Shown here: positions 37,356 through 50,024 of the stretch, one piece after another | How positions within the stretch are numbered: position 1 is the first letter of the stretch | Layout: every line of letters starts with the position of its first letter | Program-made: the position numbers and the translations under genes | Source of the DNA: Marsupella aquatica | Lineage: Eukaryota > Plantae > Marchantiophyta | Direction: 5' to 3' | Assembly (NCBI GenBank): GCA_973895155.1 | Contig: OZ316891.1 | Location: forward strand, 5,551,708-5,615,707 | DNA: 64,000 bases | The notes under the pieces: generated by a model | What the model was told of the DNA's origin: nothing | The model's input: only the letters and a program-made list of their open reading frames with translations | Databases searched by the model: none

Positions 37356-38270
37356 AGTGATATATATATATATCACATGCCAAAGGACAGAAAGCCAAAC
37401 TGGGAGACCGGGTCCCAAAAGTAGAAGGAACCCAATAAAAAAAATATACACATACTTTATACAGAAAAAGGCCAAATAGAGTACAAAAGAATAAACAAGA
37501 GAGGTCCCAAGTGGACAAAACCAAAAGCAAAAGAAGTGAGCAAAAGGAAACCCTAAAAACCAAGAAAGAGGAACTAAAAGAAGTGAGCAAAAAGAAACCC
37601 CTAAAAACCAAGAAAGAGTAACTAAAACTACCGCAAATGGACCGAGGTCCTCATCATATCTAGCAAATGTGGCAACAAGCTAGTGGTCTACATCAAGTGT
37701 CGAAACTAGATCGGCAAGTGGGACAGGAATGTCCTCTAGGGGGGCTAGCCGCTGCGGAGTCACACTAGCACCCACTGTCAGAGATCGACGATAGACGGCC
37801 CGAGCTTGAGCACGCTGTAAGGTGACTGAAATGCGTTGGCGAAAGTGCGTGGTCAAAACAGATAGCGGGGGCCCGGTGGGACCCATCCGGCCGTGAACAT
37901 CCCGAGCAGCTTGGCGAAGAAGCCCGTCGAAATGATGATGGAGACGCCCAAATATCTCAAGAGCAAGGGGCAAGAAGCTATCAGATGAAGCTCGTGCAGC
38001 ATATTTGGCCTCCTTCGTTGTTGCTGCTCGTGATGCTGCTGCCCCTGCCGTTGTTGCCGCTGTCCCAATGATGTCTTGGCGCAATGGGTTTGCCACCACT
38101 ACATCTGCCAAAGTACGGTGACCGTCACGGACCATGGTAAGATCCACCCGTAACCGCTGTGATGGAGGACCAGGTAACTCGAGCACCACCTCCCGCCGCG
38201 CGCAGACCAAAGAGCCAGAGAGAACTTGAGCAGTCGCATCTCTCACAGCGTCGTGAACAAGAATGGAACA
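37356..38270 (-). mobile_element. 5'-truncated non-LTR retrotransposon of RLE type (CRE-like): C-terminal endonuclease domain plus U-rich 3' UTR
   Basis: ORF 37680-38330 reads HDAVRD...RVDL...LADVVVANP...KEAKY...FLPLALEIFGRL...FRQRISVTLQRAQA, matching the RHD / PD-(D/E)xK / KxxKY / PxxxE-G pattern of restriction-like endonucleases. Ends at a (TA)n tract at about 37360-37373. Confidence 0.8.
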
Positions 38271-39074
38271 CAATGAAGAAAAGGAAGGGAAAGGCCCCAA
38301 GAAGACCAAAGAGAAGTCCCCCCATACCAAAAGACCATGAGGTGAACACTGTCATAGGTAGGAACCCACCATCCGTAATAGGCATGAGAAAATTGACTAA
38401 TTGAGTACTCTGAGTTTGACTAGAAACCAGACCACGTGACGAAATTAGCTAGGTTTCGTTTTGTCCCAAATTTCAAACAACCTGGATACAAAGGCTCATG
38501 AATAGGTCTAGCCTAGGATAAACAAGTTGTCACGTGGCCCAGTAAGATTAAGGCCGGGTACAGTTTTGTAGAAGTCCAATCCAAATCTTATGTGTCTTAG
38601 TATGCCTTTACAATAAGCTGAGCCCATTTCTTAGATTTTTCCTTACTTGTTTTCTCCCATTTATTTGGTCTCTTGCCTTTTGGGATTATGTCTCCTGGTT
38701 TGACTGTTTGACAATGTGATATAGAAGTGCTGAGAGAAGTGCCACTCTTTTTGTGTCAAATTACGTATTTTGCAACTTTTTTAGTTTAATTACTAAAGTA
38801 ACACATTGGCACCTTCATAAACCATTGGTTAAGCAGAGTCACTGTGGTTACTTTGGAATGATCCAAAACTCAACATCTTGCAAGGTTTTCATCATCAGAT
38901 GGTCATTACCATACTCAGGTCGAGGCTCAATTTAACCTCAACACCCTCTCACCCTTGGCCAGGAGGGACAAGGGTGTGGACTAGCCAACCAGCTAGGAGG
39001 GGGTGGAGCGAGAGCAAAGTATAGAAGAGACCCAACCCAATGTTGAGGGTTGGAAAGGGCATTGCAGCCAGGTT

Positions 39075-39390
39075 TAAAGTGACGGGCAACTATCCAAATT
39101 GCCGGGCACATAAACTCGGCATTTGTCGGGCAAAAATCGGCCCAAATGCCGGCCGGGCCGGGATAGGTCGGGACAGGCCAGGGGTCGGGCCGGGAGAGGC
39201 CGAGAGAGGCCAGGACAAGCCGGGGATCAGGGCCGGGACAGGCCGGGATCAGGTCCGGGACAGGCCGGGGTTGTGGCCAGGACAGGCCAAGATAGGCCAG
39301 GATAGGCCGGGGTCGGGCCGGGACAGGGTCGGGGCGGGGTGTGAGCCAGCCGGGATGGTCCGGGTGACGAGTTGCCGGTTGACGCCTCTA
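39075..39390. repeat. GC-rich 5/10-mer repeat (gggacaggcc) within a probable degenerate hAT-type MITE
   Basis: Repeated ccggg/acagg units. The right end reads TAGAGGCGTCAACCGGCAACT on the minus strand and the left end has a partial match (gtgacgggcaact). Confidence 0.5.
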
Positions 39391-40103
39391 AAGCCTCTAT
39401 TTGCTGGGCAAGTCTGAACCCGGCATTACAGTGAACCCGGCATTACAGTGAGGTAGACGATAAGGACAACCATCAAGTGGTTAAACCTGGCCAGACATTG
39501 ACGGTCAAATGAGCCGTCAAATAAGTTTAAGCCCACCAAAGTTTGTTTGCCTAACCAACAGTGGACAATGATGACAGTACATTAATTAAACTAACAAAGT
39601 GGTAAAAGTATGTGCTCAGATAAAAAGGGCGGTGATATAGTATGGTAAATTTTGTACTTTAGATTAAAAGACTGGCAATATCCTGAATCTCAGTAGTGTA
39701 AGTGGGGTTTACAAGAACATGGGGCATAAATAGTCACCATTGAAAACACGAGGTTCATTGCATACACTAAAGTTAAAATGCATGAGATAAAATGTGTCCC
39801 ATTTGAGAAAACAAATACAAGATACTGAATATGGACCAAGCGGTCCATTATTGAGACCACCTCAAAAGGCGGTCTAAAATTTTGATTATAAGACATGGCC
39901 ACATCAGAATAAGGGGCCCTACTAGCAGGTGACTAGTAGACAATGAATGCAAGATCCTGAAATGGACCAAGCGGTTCATTCTTTAGACCACCTCAAAAGG
40001 TGGGTCAATTTTTAATAGCAACATAGCCACATCAGCAAAGAAGAACTCATCATCGGCCCACTAGCAGGTGACTAGGATAGGTAATGGGCTGCCAAATTGT
40101 GCC

Positions 40104-40840
40104 CCAAGCTCATGTACATCTGAATAGCTAAGATTGCATGTCAAATATTAATAGAAAACCAAACATGTCTTCCCGTTTGGCACTTTTACCTTTTGGCGCT
40201 TTGATATAGATAAAAGTGGCCCTTAAGTTCATGTACATTGAATGACAACCATTGCATCTCAGACTTAGGGGAAAAACGAGACCTGCCCCCCAAGTTCATG
40301 GACATTTATTGGCTAAGATTGCTTGTGACATGGAGACAAAAGAGGCCCTTAAGTTCATGTACATCTGAATGACTACTATTGCATCTTAGACATAGGAAAA
40401 AAAGAAGACCTGCAGACTCCCAAGTTCTTACACATCCAAATGGCTAAGATTGCATGCCAATAGAAAACAAAAGAGGCCCACAAGTTCACGTAGAATGGCT
40501 ACCTATTGCATCTCAGACTGAGAAAAAAGAGACCTGCCTCCCAAGTTCATGGACATTTGAATGGCTAAGATTGCATGTCAAATATCAAACAACAGAGGCC
40601 CACAAGTTCATGTAGATTTGAACAGCTACCTATTGCATCTCGGACTGAGAAAAAAACTAGACCTGCATACCAAGCTCATGGACATTGAATGACTAAGATT
40701 GCATGTCAAATATCAAACAACAGAGGCCCACAAGTTCATGTTGATATGAATGGCTACCGATTGCATCTCAGACTGAGGAAATAAAAGAGGTCATGTACAT
40801 CTGAATGCCTAAGATTGCATGTCAAATGGAAAACAAAAGA
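40104..40840. repeat. Degenerate about 60-bp satellite, about 12 units alternating A/B
   Basis: caagttcatg.acat.tgaatggcta..attgcat recurs. Unit A continues gtca.at...aaaagaggccc and unit B continues ctcagact.agaaaaaa.agacctgc. Confidence 0.85.
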
Positions 40841-40849
40841 GTGCCCCCC

Positions 40850-41260
40850 CTCTTTTTCTTGTTTCCAAAAAATCAAATGAATTTCATTCAAATAGTCAAC
40901 ATACAAAGAAAGGGGGCCGGGAGCCTCCGAAAAGGCCACACCCCAGAAGACACAAGGTCGAGGTGCTAAAAAACAGGTGCCACGGGAGAAACTGAGCCTC
41001 ATAAAGGGGCAACTAAACAAGTAATTTAGATACTACAAAGGGAGCAACACACTTCTAAGACCGGCCAGTGATCAGGTCCACCCCCAAAGGACTGAAGGCC
41101 GAGGTGCTAGAAAACCAGCGGAGCTGGTGCCAGGGGAGAAACTGAGCCTCAGAACGGGGCAACTAAACAAGTAATTTAGATATTTCAATGGGAGCAACAC
41201 ACTCCTAAGACCAGTCAGTGATCAGGTCCCGACAAGGTTCCATCCAGTGGGTCCGTGAAA
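40850..41260 (-). mobile_element. Dispersed repeat resembling a LINE/SINE 3' end, internally duplicated. Another copy at about 60810-61010
   Basis: ggcaactaaacaag...tagatact.ca..gggag...ct.aagacc.g.cagtgatcaggt occurs at about 41008, 41158 and 60908. An A-rich tail on the minus strand lies at about 40850-40890. Confidence 0.6.
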
Positions 41261-43525
41261 GAAGGTAAATTCTATCACTATCTGTAGTGCACACAAGGTT
41301 CCATTCAATGGGTCCATGAAGGGTCCTTGAAAGAAGAAGGTAAATTCTATCACTATATGTAGTGCAACCACATACTTCTCTATCCAAGACCTTAAGGGGG
41401 ATCTGCAAGACCACCTTAAAAGGCCCCCAAGTTCATCTTGATTTGAATGGCTCCGATTCCATCTCACATATAGGAGACCTGCCTCCTAGAGCCCCCCACC
41501 TGTACTCGAGAAGTCCAATCCGAATCCTATGTGCCTTACACCACACTCATAAAGTCCCTCTCGGAATCCTATGTGCCTTCCAAGTTCCAATGAACAAACA
41601 CTCACAAAGTCCAATCCGAATCCTCCGTGCCTTCACGATCGACAAACACTCACTGACTCACAGCCAACCCAGATTCTCGAATGCAATGCTGGACTGCACA
41701 TTGAATGCCAGCTCCAAGTCTACAACAGCTGTGCTGCTGTATGTACAGTAATCAATTCCGACATCGAATCCCAATCTCAGCTTTGTCATACGAGACTCTT
41801 CCAATGGCCCACTTGACCGATGAAATGCTGTGGCTTCGCTCCTGAGAACAGACTCGAAAGTGTGGGCCGTCTCGTGATCCGTCCTCGTCTAGGATTCCTC
41901 TCTGGGATGCGGATTCCGGAAATCCTAGAACAGATTGTGTGAGTTCTGTCGGTCAGCACTCCAGCGTAAGAATTCACTGCTGAGACGAGCTTCGACTATG
42001 TCAGGGAAGGTAGAGATTCTCAGATTGGGGATGAGTTGTGAGTTTCAACATTAGGGTGTGAGATTGGATGCTGGATGGAAGGGTGAGAGAGTGAGACTGG
42101 ATGCTGATGACCGCCGTCTCTCGCCACGGTCTTCAGAGAGTGGTGACAAACGCAATGGCGCAAGGGCGGGCGTCTGGCGTCTGTCTTGCGCTCTAGCGTA
42201 AGAATCTGGTCAACGAAGAGTCTTTCGTCTATGACTGGCCTGTTCTGTAGTCGTGGTGGGGTATTTGGAGCTGATGCGAAGCTTCGCGGGCTGAAGCTTG
42301 GTAAGTGTTGCGATCCACGTGGTCCTGTGTAATCGATCGCCGCCGCACGGCTCTCGATGTGTAGAGTTTGGTGACTTACCTCTGGTGTGTAGTACAGTAA
42401 TCTCAAAAGAGTTTGTTACGGTAGTGTCTCGACGAGCAAGAGACTGTTTGAGGTGGCATCGTGCTGTGGGACAGTTTTTGTTTTGCGATCTCAGAATCGA
42501 CTGCCATTTCGGTGAACGGTCTGTTTGGAATCTCCATTTGATGGATTGGTCTCGGAGGACTGGACTGAAAATTCGACTTGGCGTTTGGAGGTAGCCGAAC
42601 ATCACTGTCGAAGTTGAGACTTTTACTGATCGATTGGGCGTCGGAGGGGCAGGAGATTGTCTCTACGAGTCTCTGGAACCGTTTGGTCTAGACTAGGGGA
42701 GCGTTATCCTACACAGGCAGTCATCTGTTGGAAGGGGACGAAAGTTGGAGTGGTAGGTGGAAGGGTCTTTTTCAACAGGGCCTGAGCGTCTTGAGATAGT
42801 TTGAAGGTGGAAAAATTTTCACCGGTCGTGTCGTTGTTGGTGCCAGAGCAACCCCTTCGGAATGTTCTCTTGCTTTCCTGTCTGCTGCACTGTTTCATGA
42901 ATTTCCAATTTCAGATGCAGCAAACGGCTTTCCATCATCGACAGATTCCTTTACCCTGTGTCTCCAGCTCCTGTCTTCCTTGACAGATGCCCTCCCATTC
43001 CAATCGACAACTCCTATAAGAGGCTTCTTATTCCGCTATCGTTCCAGATTTGTTCTTTTCTGGAGTGCGCGAAATCATATCTTCTGTTGGAGACCGTAGT
43101 TGAGTTTAGCAGTGGACTTTCCCTACGTTGAAATCCGATTTGACGAGGTCGGTCGCCCCCGTCAGCGCATCTCCATGGGACTTCACACGAGGTGGATATC
43201 TTCGGGAACGGTATTGTGATGTGCAACTGGTGAAATACATCGAGTCCTCTGCAGTTCTGCAATTCAGAGGCAAAGAGGTGGATATCTTCTAAGGCGTCAC
43301 TCTTCTTGGGCATCGAATTCTTTCTGCCATCTTCCAGCCAAGAAGTTAGACGCTTCTTGCGGTCTTCAAGATATTCAGTCCCTATCCAAGTTGACAGGCA
43401 GCAGTTGTGCAAGGATGGTAATGTAAAATCAGGACAAACTCTTCGGAACGATCTGCAACGAAATTAGAACAGTAGCTGGACTTCGGTCTAGGGTATCAGC
43501 AGCTGCCGAAAACCATAATCCAACA

Positions 43526-44509
43526 ATGCCTTCGAAGCAGGTTCCACTGCCAAGATCGCCTTTGGGCCAGGATCCGATGAAGAATGGAACGCATGAGGAG
43601 AGATGGGATTTGCTTTCTCATTCAGGGCCGTACCAACCTTTGTCCACGCCTAGGTTCGAAATGTCACCAAGCGGACGGGATTTCAAGGTCTATTCCCCAA
43701 CCGGTAATAGTTTGCCTCCGCTTCCACCCAATAGAGGGCCAAGCGGGAAGAGGCAAAAAATTGATCCCGAAGCTCTCCCGCTTTTCGCAAGTCATTCGGA
43801 GCAGAGCCATAGACATTTCGAAGCTGAAGCATTGATACCTCGAGAATTTCCCATGACCACAAAGCAGGTCTCTAGGACGCAGACGTTGAAGGACGTGGGA
43901 GACATGGACGCGTTCTACTCGTCGCACAAGCGTCGATGCTCTCGCTCTTGTTGCTGTTTCTTTGTTCTTGTCAGCGTAGCCATAGTTGTGACATGTCTGT
44001 ATCTAGTAGCCGGGCCCAGGTCTCCGATGCTACGGATGAAAGTTTTGGACATCACGAGCTTCAAGTACGACGCAGGATTGGATGGAAGAGCTCCACAGGT
44101 TGCAGCCGGGCTGAAATTTTCATTGGAAGAGGAAAACCCCAACAAAGAAGCAGAATTGATCTATGATCAGGTGAGAATTGAGCTCAAGTACCAGGGGTTT
44201 CTCCTCGGGAACATTTCGATCCCAGGTTTCAAGCAGCACAAAACGAGTAACAGAACTTTGGTCATTGACCTTCCTCAGACTCTGACGGCAATTGAAGATC
44301 CTGGGGAAGCTCTTAAATTTCGGCAAGAAGTAGCTGCGCACAATGTCCAGACGGATTTGAATGGCGCTGTTGTTGGTCACTTTAAGATGTGGGGGATCAG
44401 AGTGAAAAAGTTTCATGTGCCAATTGATTGTAAGGTGAATGTGGAGCCCGAGAATGGCGATCGACCTGCCAAACTTCTTTCGAGCAGTTGCTATTATTAT
44501 CCCACCTGA
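43526..44509 (+). CDS. LEA_2 domain / NDR1-HIN1-like membrane protein, 327 aa, single exon
   Basis: Disordered N-terminus, Cys-rich juxtamembrane RRCSRSCCC, one TM helix, PRSP, ENPN, IYDQV, PGFKQ, and C-terminal VPIDCKV...SSSC. Confidence 0.9.
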   Translation: MPSKQVPLPRSPLGQDPMKNGTHEERWDLLSHSGPYQPLSTPRFEMSPSGRDFKVYSPTGNSLPPLPPNRGPSGKRQKIDPEALPLFASHSEQSHRHFEAEALIPREFPMTTKQVSRTQTLKDVGDMDAFYSSHKRRCSRSCCCFFVLVSVAIVVTCLYLVAGPRSPMLRMKVLDITSFKYDAGLDGRAPQVAAGLKFSLEEENPNKEAELIYDQVRIELKYQGFLLGNISIPGFKQHKTSNRTLVIDLPQTLTAIEDPGEALKFRQEVAAHNVQTDLNGAVVGHFKMWGIRVKKFHVPIDCKVNVEPENGDRPAKLLSSSCYYYPT

Positions 44510-46792
44510 TCCCAGCAACGTGATCACAGCCCTTGGAAGATAGCTAGACCAGTTGAAGTCAAGACCTGGTCACTTGAGTCTTTCCTTCTCGAATTCACAC
44601 ATTATGTAGAATCATGCATCTGCGTGACTATTACATCTGTTGGAAACAGCTATCTCAATTGAAATCACGACCTAGTCACTCGGATTTTTTACTTCTCTTC
44701 TACCGCCATTGTGTAGAATTATTTTCCGAGTGAGCACATTAGAGCTGATGCGGGATTATTGTCAATAGAATGTACAGCGGGAGGCGAAGTTCGAGGGTCT
44801 TTTGCAGAGTTCTCATTAGACCGCTTGGTCAGTGAATTTATATGCCTCATAAAACTAGAGCATCAACGTATCCCATTGATAGCATTTACTGATAGCATTT
44901 ACCAAGTAGTGTTCACTCGGCCGATATGGGAGGTAGTGCGATTTTGATCGCTCGGAACCACTTGGGCCGTGGTGCACATTGTTAATTTCCGTACTTATTG
45001 TTTGTAAATATGGCAGGGCAAAGTGTACCATATTTCCCCTACCTTGGTGAAGTTTGACGGTGTATGCAAGCTGCTATCAGTGGAAGCCGGTCTTCCTGTC
45101 AAAGTAGGGTCCGAAATACTTCACTTTCACAGTAGAAATGTATTCCTAATAATCTTGATCGTCAACTTACAACATTCTTACCTAGATTGCACTGGAGGAT
45201 GTGCTAAACATTTGCTTTAGAAAGACTGTTGCTAGGTTACTCCTCCCTCCTCCCTCTGACATACAGCGATGTGCCTGAAGGTAGACCACTGAGCAGTGGA
45301 TTAGCGAGTGGACTGCGAGAACTTCGAGGGCTCTCTGATAATTTCAAGCGGTGGGAAGGATAATTCCCTAGTCTGTACATTTTCCATTAGGAGATCTTTC
45401 GGGATTGAGTGCCATTCAATTGCTGTGTGAAGGACTTTGATCTGTGTTTTTCTGGGAGTAGCAAGAAAACCTCGAACAACAAAATGTCCGATATTATTTG
45501 TGTTCTTGGTGCCCATTATTTCTCAGAATCTATGCCCTATTGCAATTTAACCGCAGCACCACTCTTTACGAGTAGCTCTTAATCCGGAGCCAGAATTGGA
45601 ACTTCGTCAATCCTTCACAATTGGCATCTGTCTTCGATTCTAAATCGAGTCACAGTGAATTACTTAGGTCAGTCCATCAAGAAGCTATTTGTAATCAATA
45701 TTTTTCATTGATATTTACCTATGGCGAGATTCTGCTGCTCATTTTTCTAAGAAAGTTATGTTAGGTTTCGTGTCCCATTAACCAATTCATTGGATCACAG
45801 GGAACTTCAGATTCACAATTCAAACCTTTGAAGCCTGACCAGGAAATGCAAAAATGTATCGAACCCTGTGGAGCCAGACCAGAAAATGCAAAACTGTGAA
45901 GCCAGGAAATTTCAACATACGTTTCCAACGCTGAGAGAAGGGGGTTTTCGTGGCTATATGAACCAGCTTTGTCGCTGGTCAAAGATGGGCAATAAAAATG
46001 TGAATTCCGACGAGGACATTTTGATTCTCCCTCAGTTCTCCTGTCACAAGATTCCTCACCGTTCTCAAAAAGTAATATCATTCAAACGCCAGCATTTTAT
46101 CTAGCTTGATTGTGAGCTATCCTCCAAATCCTCATTGCAAGTCATGTCAGGCTAGCTCCATTGAGTGATCAGTGTCTTCCCTCAGTAAGTGTAGTTCAGA
46201 CCTTTATCCACTTCACCCTCTGGGCTACCTTTGTGCAATTGTTAGGAGTTTCAAAATTGGTACTTCCCAGTTCGAGCTCCTTCCGGTACGCAAAGTCCGA
46301 TGTATGACTGCTACATACGAGGCGTCCAATGATAACAAGAACAAACAGTTTGAATAGTGGCCAAGAACAATCATTTTGCTTTTAGCTACAGTACATTAAA
46401 CCCCAAAACATCGAGATGATGGCACTCTTCGATGATGGCACTATTAGGCTAGGTTTGCCGTTAGTCGTTGGAAATTTTGCATCTACTGTACCTAACAATC
46501 TATGATTGTGCGGTTGCAAACAATACGTATTGTCCTCTCTCAAGTGGATGTCAAATGTTTTCTATGTGTCTAACGTTTCTGAGTGGAAAACACCGAGACT
46601 TGTCTTGATAATCTCATTCACCTCATCTTATTTCATCGATTTACATTCTATAGTTTCTTCATCGAATGCCTATAAACAAAGCCTGTGAGTGTTTCGGCCG
46701 TAGTCACCTAATAACCCTACCGTATCGATGAAATCACGAGAGAAACTGTTAGCAGGAACCATTGGTGAGCAGATCAATCTCTTGATCGTCAA

Positions 46793-48022
46793 CTAAGGGA
46801 GAATATTGCACCTCAGTATCCCGCTGACGGGGATTTCACAGGAAGGACAGGTTTTGTGCAGGTGATAGTGTTTTTCTAAGCATCCGAAACAGAAGTGCAG
46901 ATGAAGACAGGGGAAAGAGATACTATTTTTCGGGAGGTCAAAACATATCTGACATAAAGTCTTCCTTTGGGTTTCTTCGAAGTTTTTCTGGACCGCCTCT
47001 TTTCTTTCTTGGAGACGATTGTTTTCCTCCCGTATGCAGGCCAGGTCGCCCTCCAGCTTCCGTTTTCTCGCTTGAGAAGCCATTAGACTTATGTTCAACA
47101 TCTGGGACTCATGTTCCTTTTTCCGCTTCGCTTTCTCTTCAACCAATGCAAGTACCACTGCCTCCTTCGCTCTTTTCATCTCATCCAGCTGCTTTTGGAT
47201 ATTCGGCATTTTGGCAAGTGCATTACCGACAGTCGCCAAGTCGTGTTTGAAACGCGTGTTTTCAACCAGGACATGACGGAGCTGAGCATGAAAATTGACC
47301 TTATCTTCCATCATTGTCGCATGGAACTCCCTGCCCATCTCTAATTTCTCTCTGGCGTGGGCAGCCATCAGATTATCAGCTCCTCGTCTCATTGCATTGT
47401 TTGTGGCTTCGAGACCCTGTATCTGACCCCGATGATTGTGAGACAAAACATCGTGTTGTCGGCGCATTGCCTTCATTAGATCCCGAGCTGCCTTCAGCAT
47501 CTCCTCTTTCTCCTTTAAAGCAGCAAGGGTAGCATCTCGCTCACTTTCCAGTGCCCGAAAATCAGTCATTTTCTCGCTGAGATTTCTGAGTGTATCGTCA
47601 AGTAGTTTTTTTCCCTCTTCACATTCGGCCTTCAATTTCTCCTTTTCCCGCGTGAAATTTCCCAAGGCCTGCTTGACCATAGATTTGGCATCACTCAACG
47701 CACCGAAAACATTGTCAAGGTCGGATTTGACTCTCGGCTCCTCTGTCACTTGTCCCAAATGTGCGTCGGAGAGTACCAGTCCAACCCGAGGAGGAAGACA
47801 TACAATCGCCAAACCAGAGCTTTCGTGACTCTTGTTTATTGTTTCATCAGGAGCACGCGACTCGTCAGCTCGATCGGGCATCGTCCTGGAAGGAGGCAAG
47901 CTAGTTAGAACAGCCGTTGCTGCTATCTCCTTCCTCTCTGCATACAATTCGGCTTCCGACTTTTCTACAAACCAAGGGCCAGCGGTAACAGGTTCCGTCT
48001 TCGGAGCTAACAGTAGCGGCAT
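46793..48022 (-). CDS. Coiled-coil + C-terminal RING-HC (zf-C3HC4_3, IAP/BOI-like) E3 ligase, intronless. Likely ATG 48022
   Basis: Long heptad region, then CQICFDLPKNSISFPCLHLHFCFGC-x10-CPSC...SGIL. Confidence 0.85.
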   Translation of the reverse strand: MPLLLAPKTEPVTAGPWFVEKSEAELYAERKEIAATAVLTSLPPSRTMPDRADESRAPDETINKSHESSGLAIVCLPPRVGLVLSDAHLGQVTEEPRVKSDLDNVFGALSDAKSMVKQALGNFTREKEKLKAECEEGKKLLDDTLRNLSEKMTDFRALESERDATLAALKEKEEMLKAARDLMKAMRRQHDVLSHNHRGQIQGLEATNNAMRRGADNLMAAHAREKLEMGREFHATMMEDKVNFHAQLRHVLVENTRFKHDLATVGNALAKMPNIQKQLDEMKRAKEAVVLALVEEKAKRKKEHESQMLNISLMASQARKRKLEGDLACIREENNRLQERKEAVQKNFEETQRKTLCQICFDLPKNSISFPCLHLHFCFGCLEKHYHLHKTCPSCEIPVSGILRCNILP

Positions 48023-49151
48023 CTTGAGGTCCTGTCGCGGTACTCGTAAAGGTGGGAAGCTAACTACCGCTAAGACGAAGCTTTCCACTGTAGTCGCGCA
48101 GTTCCTGCATCAACTATCACAGGTAATTTCAGCCTCTCAAGGATTAAAGGTAAAGGTACCCTTAGAATTAAGAGTCCAAACAGCAGCAAGTTTCGAAACA
48201 AACTACAATGTGTACAGTACTAGATTCGCGCACGCCTGGTGACTAATTCCATCGAGAAAACTTAGGCTGATAACGAAGTAAGTTTGAGAGAACTACATCG
48301 CAGATGTGAAGTCCATTAGGGATAAGCCAGACATTTGGAGAAGGAACTGCGAAGACGACACTGTGAGAAGTACATGCCTCACACAGTATACTGAATTGAA
48401 TCTGCGAAGGACTTAAACCGACGATAGTGCCAGACTAGATTGCCCGATGACCACGTACTTACGAGAAAACCTAACGACACGAAGGTTGACTGAAACTAAC
48501 TGTTTTCTAGCTCACTCCGATCCGTCTCCGCACAGCAACATCAGTGAAGGAGACACAAATGTTTACTGCCAACTCTTCAGCTCACGCTCCACAGTGCACG
48601 ACCATGTCTGAACCAGTAAACCCGTCAACATTCATTGATAGAACTTGTTGTTTCCTTGCTGCGGTAGAATCGAGTACTACTTGATGGAACTCATGCTTTA
48701 CAGGTACGAATTTTTTCTGTTTTCTCCCTGATGAGACAGACCCTCGGTCCTTAAATCGTTTATTACAACACTAAAAAGCACACGATCCGAAGTTTGGAAA
48801 ATTTGGCGGCAATGAGACACATGAAGACAGGATACGAGGATTTTGGAATCTGCTTAGGGATTTACGGTACAGCGTAGACCAGCAGTATATTGTTGGACGC
48901 GAATGGTGGGTACCTGGTGGAGGGCCCATTTATGTACCTTTGGTCGGGTATAGCAGGACGATTTAGTACGGTGCTATTGGGATCTTAATCTGTGCACTAG
49001 GATGCACTATTGCACTGGGATGTGCAGAGAGGCGGCATGCTGAGTAGTAACTTTGCCGGTGGCGACTGACATGGCGCCGCATGGAACGAATTGGAATTTG
49101 CATGGGAAGATAAGAGTGTCCCTCTGGCTAAGATAAGTGTAAACGTGCATC

Positions 49152-49383
49152 AGCTCTGAAAAACTGTCATTGCTCTAATATTCCGCTGATTGTCTGTCTA
49201 GGACAAACTTGATTGCGTCACAAGTCGACAGGATTATATTGAACTGGACATCCAGAGCTATTCCCGTAGCTCTGAAAAACTGTCATTGCTCTAATATTCC
49301 GTTGGTTGTCTGTCTAGGACAAACTTGATTGCGTCACAAGTGACAGGATTTTATTGAATTGGACATCCAGAGCTATTCCCGTA
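49152..49383. repeat. 116-bp tandem duplication
   Basis: agctctgaaaaactgtcattgctc...ccagagctattcccgt at 49152 and 49268. Confidence 0.9.
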
Positions 49384-50024
49384 GAGCAGTGAGATTGATT
49401 GCCGAACTCGATCCCGGGACGTCAACCTTTATCCACGTACCTCTAGCTAAAGAGTGAGTCTGAAATCTACGTTTTGCTTCTCGATGTACGAACGTGAATA
49501 TTTTCATATACGTGAATGCCCTGCAGCTAAGTAAATTGCATGGTGACTAACTCAATTAGTGACATTGGAAGACGATTCTTTGATCCTTGCGGTAGTCCAC
49601 CATTGACAAGAAGAATCTGGCTCACAAATCGTGTGACTCTCATCCATAGTCTGGCTTTGAGCTGGGCTTGACTACATATCAACGGGAAACTGTATCGATT
49701 GGGCTTTGCGCGAAATCTAAACATGGGCAGATCTCTATCGATGCGATGTCCTGCGCAGGTCAACTTGCGATAACAAAATGTGGTCAAAGAAGTTGCGCGA
49801 TGTCCTCGTCTCTAATATCTAAGGAAAAAAACTGGATCACGAAATGCCATTGCAAACAAAGAAAGGCCCGGAGATAGAACTTTCATGGGCGTCTCCGAAA
49901 AATACCGCGTGAAAAGGGCGAAAGGGGAAAACCCAGTGGGGGATGCGCCTAGACCAGCGTAGAAACTGTCAGGTGTCATTGACTAGAAAACAGGAGATAG
50001 ACAAAAGAGGTTAAAGACAACGAC

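Noticed and set aside
38432-38538. Inverted CCACGTGAC pair (G-boxes or tiny MITE)
   Set aside because: Only 9 bp of clean complementarity, no TSD, and no nearby TSS.
39040-39417. 125-aa Gly/Arg/Pro-rich ORF
   Set aside because: Translation of the gggacaggcc repeat.
40104-40840. CRISPR-like appearance (conserved core with variable spacers), also at 28150-29110
   Set aside because: Spacers are themselves repeated and the cores are degenerate. The context is eukaryotic with no cas genes.
49527-49990. Search for a missing RING exon for the 50025 gene
   Set aside because: No C-x2-C...PC-x-H pattern in the frames read, and the plausible splice leads to an immediate stop.
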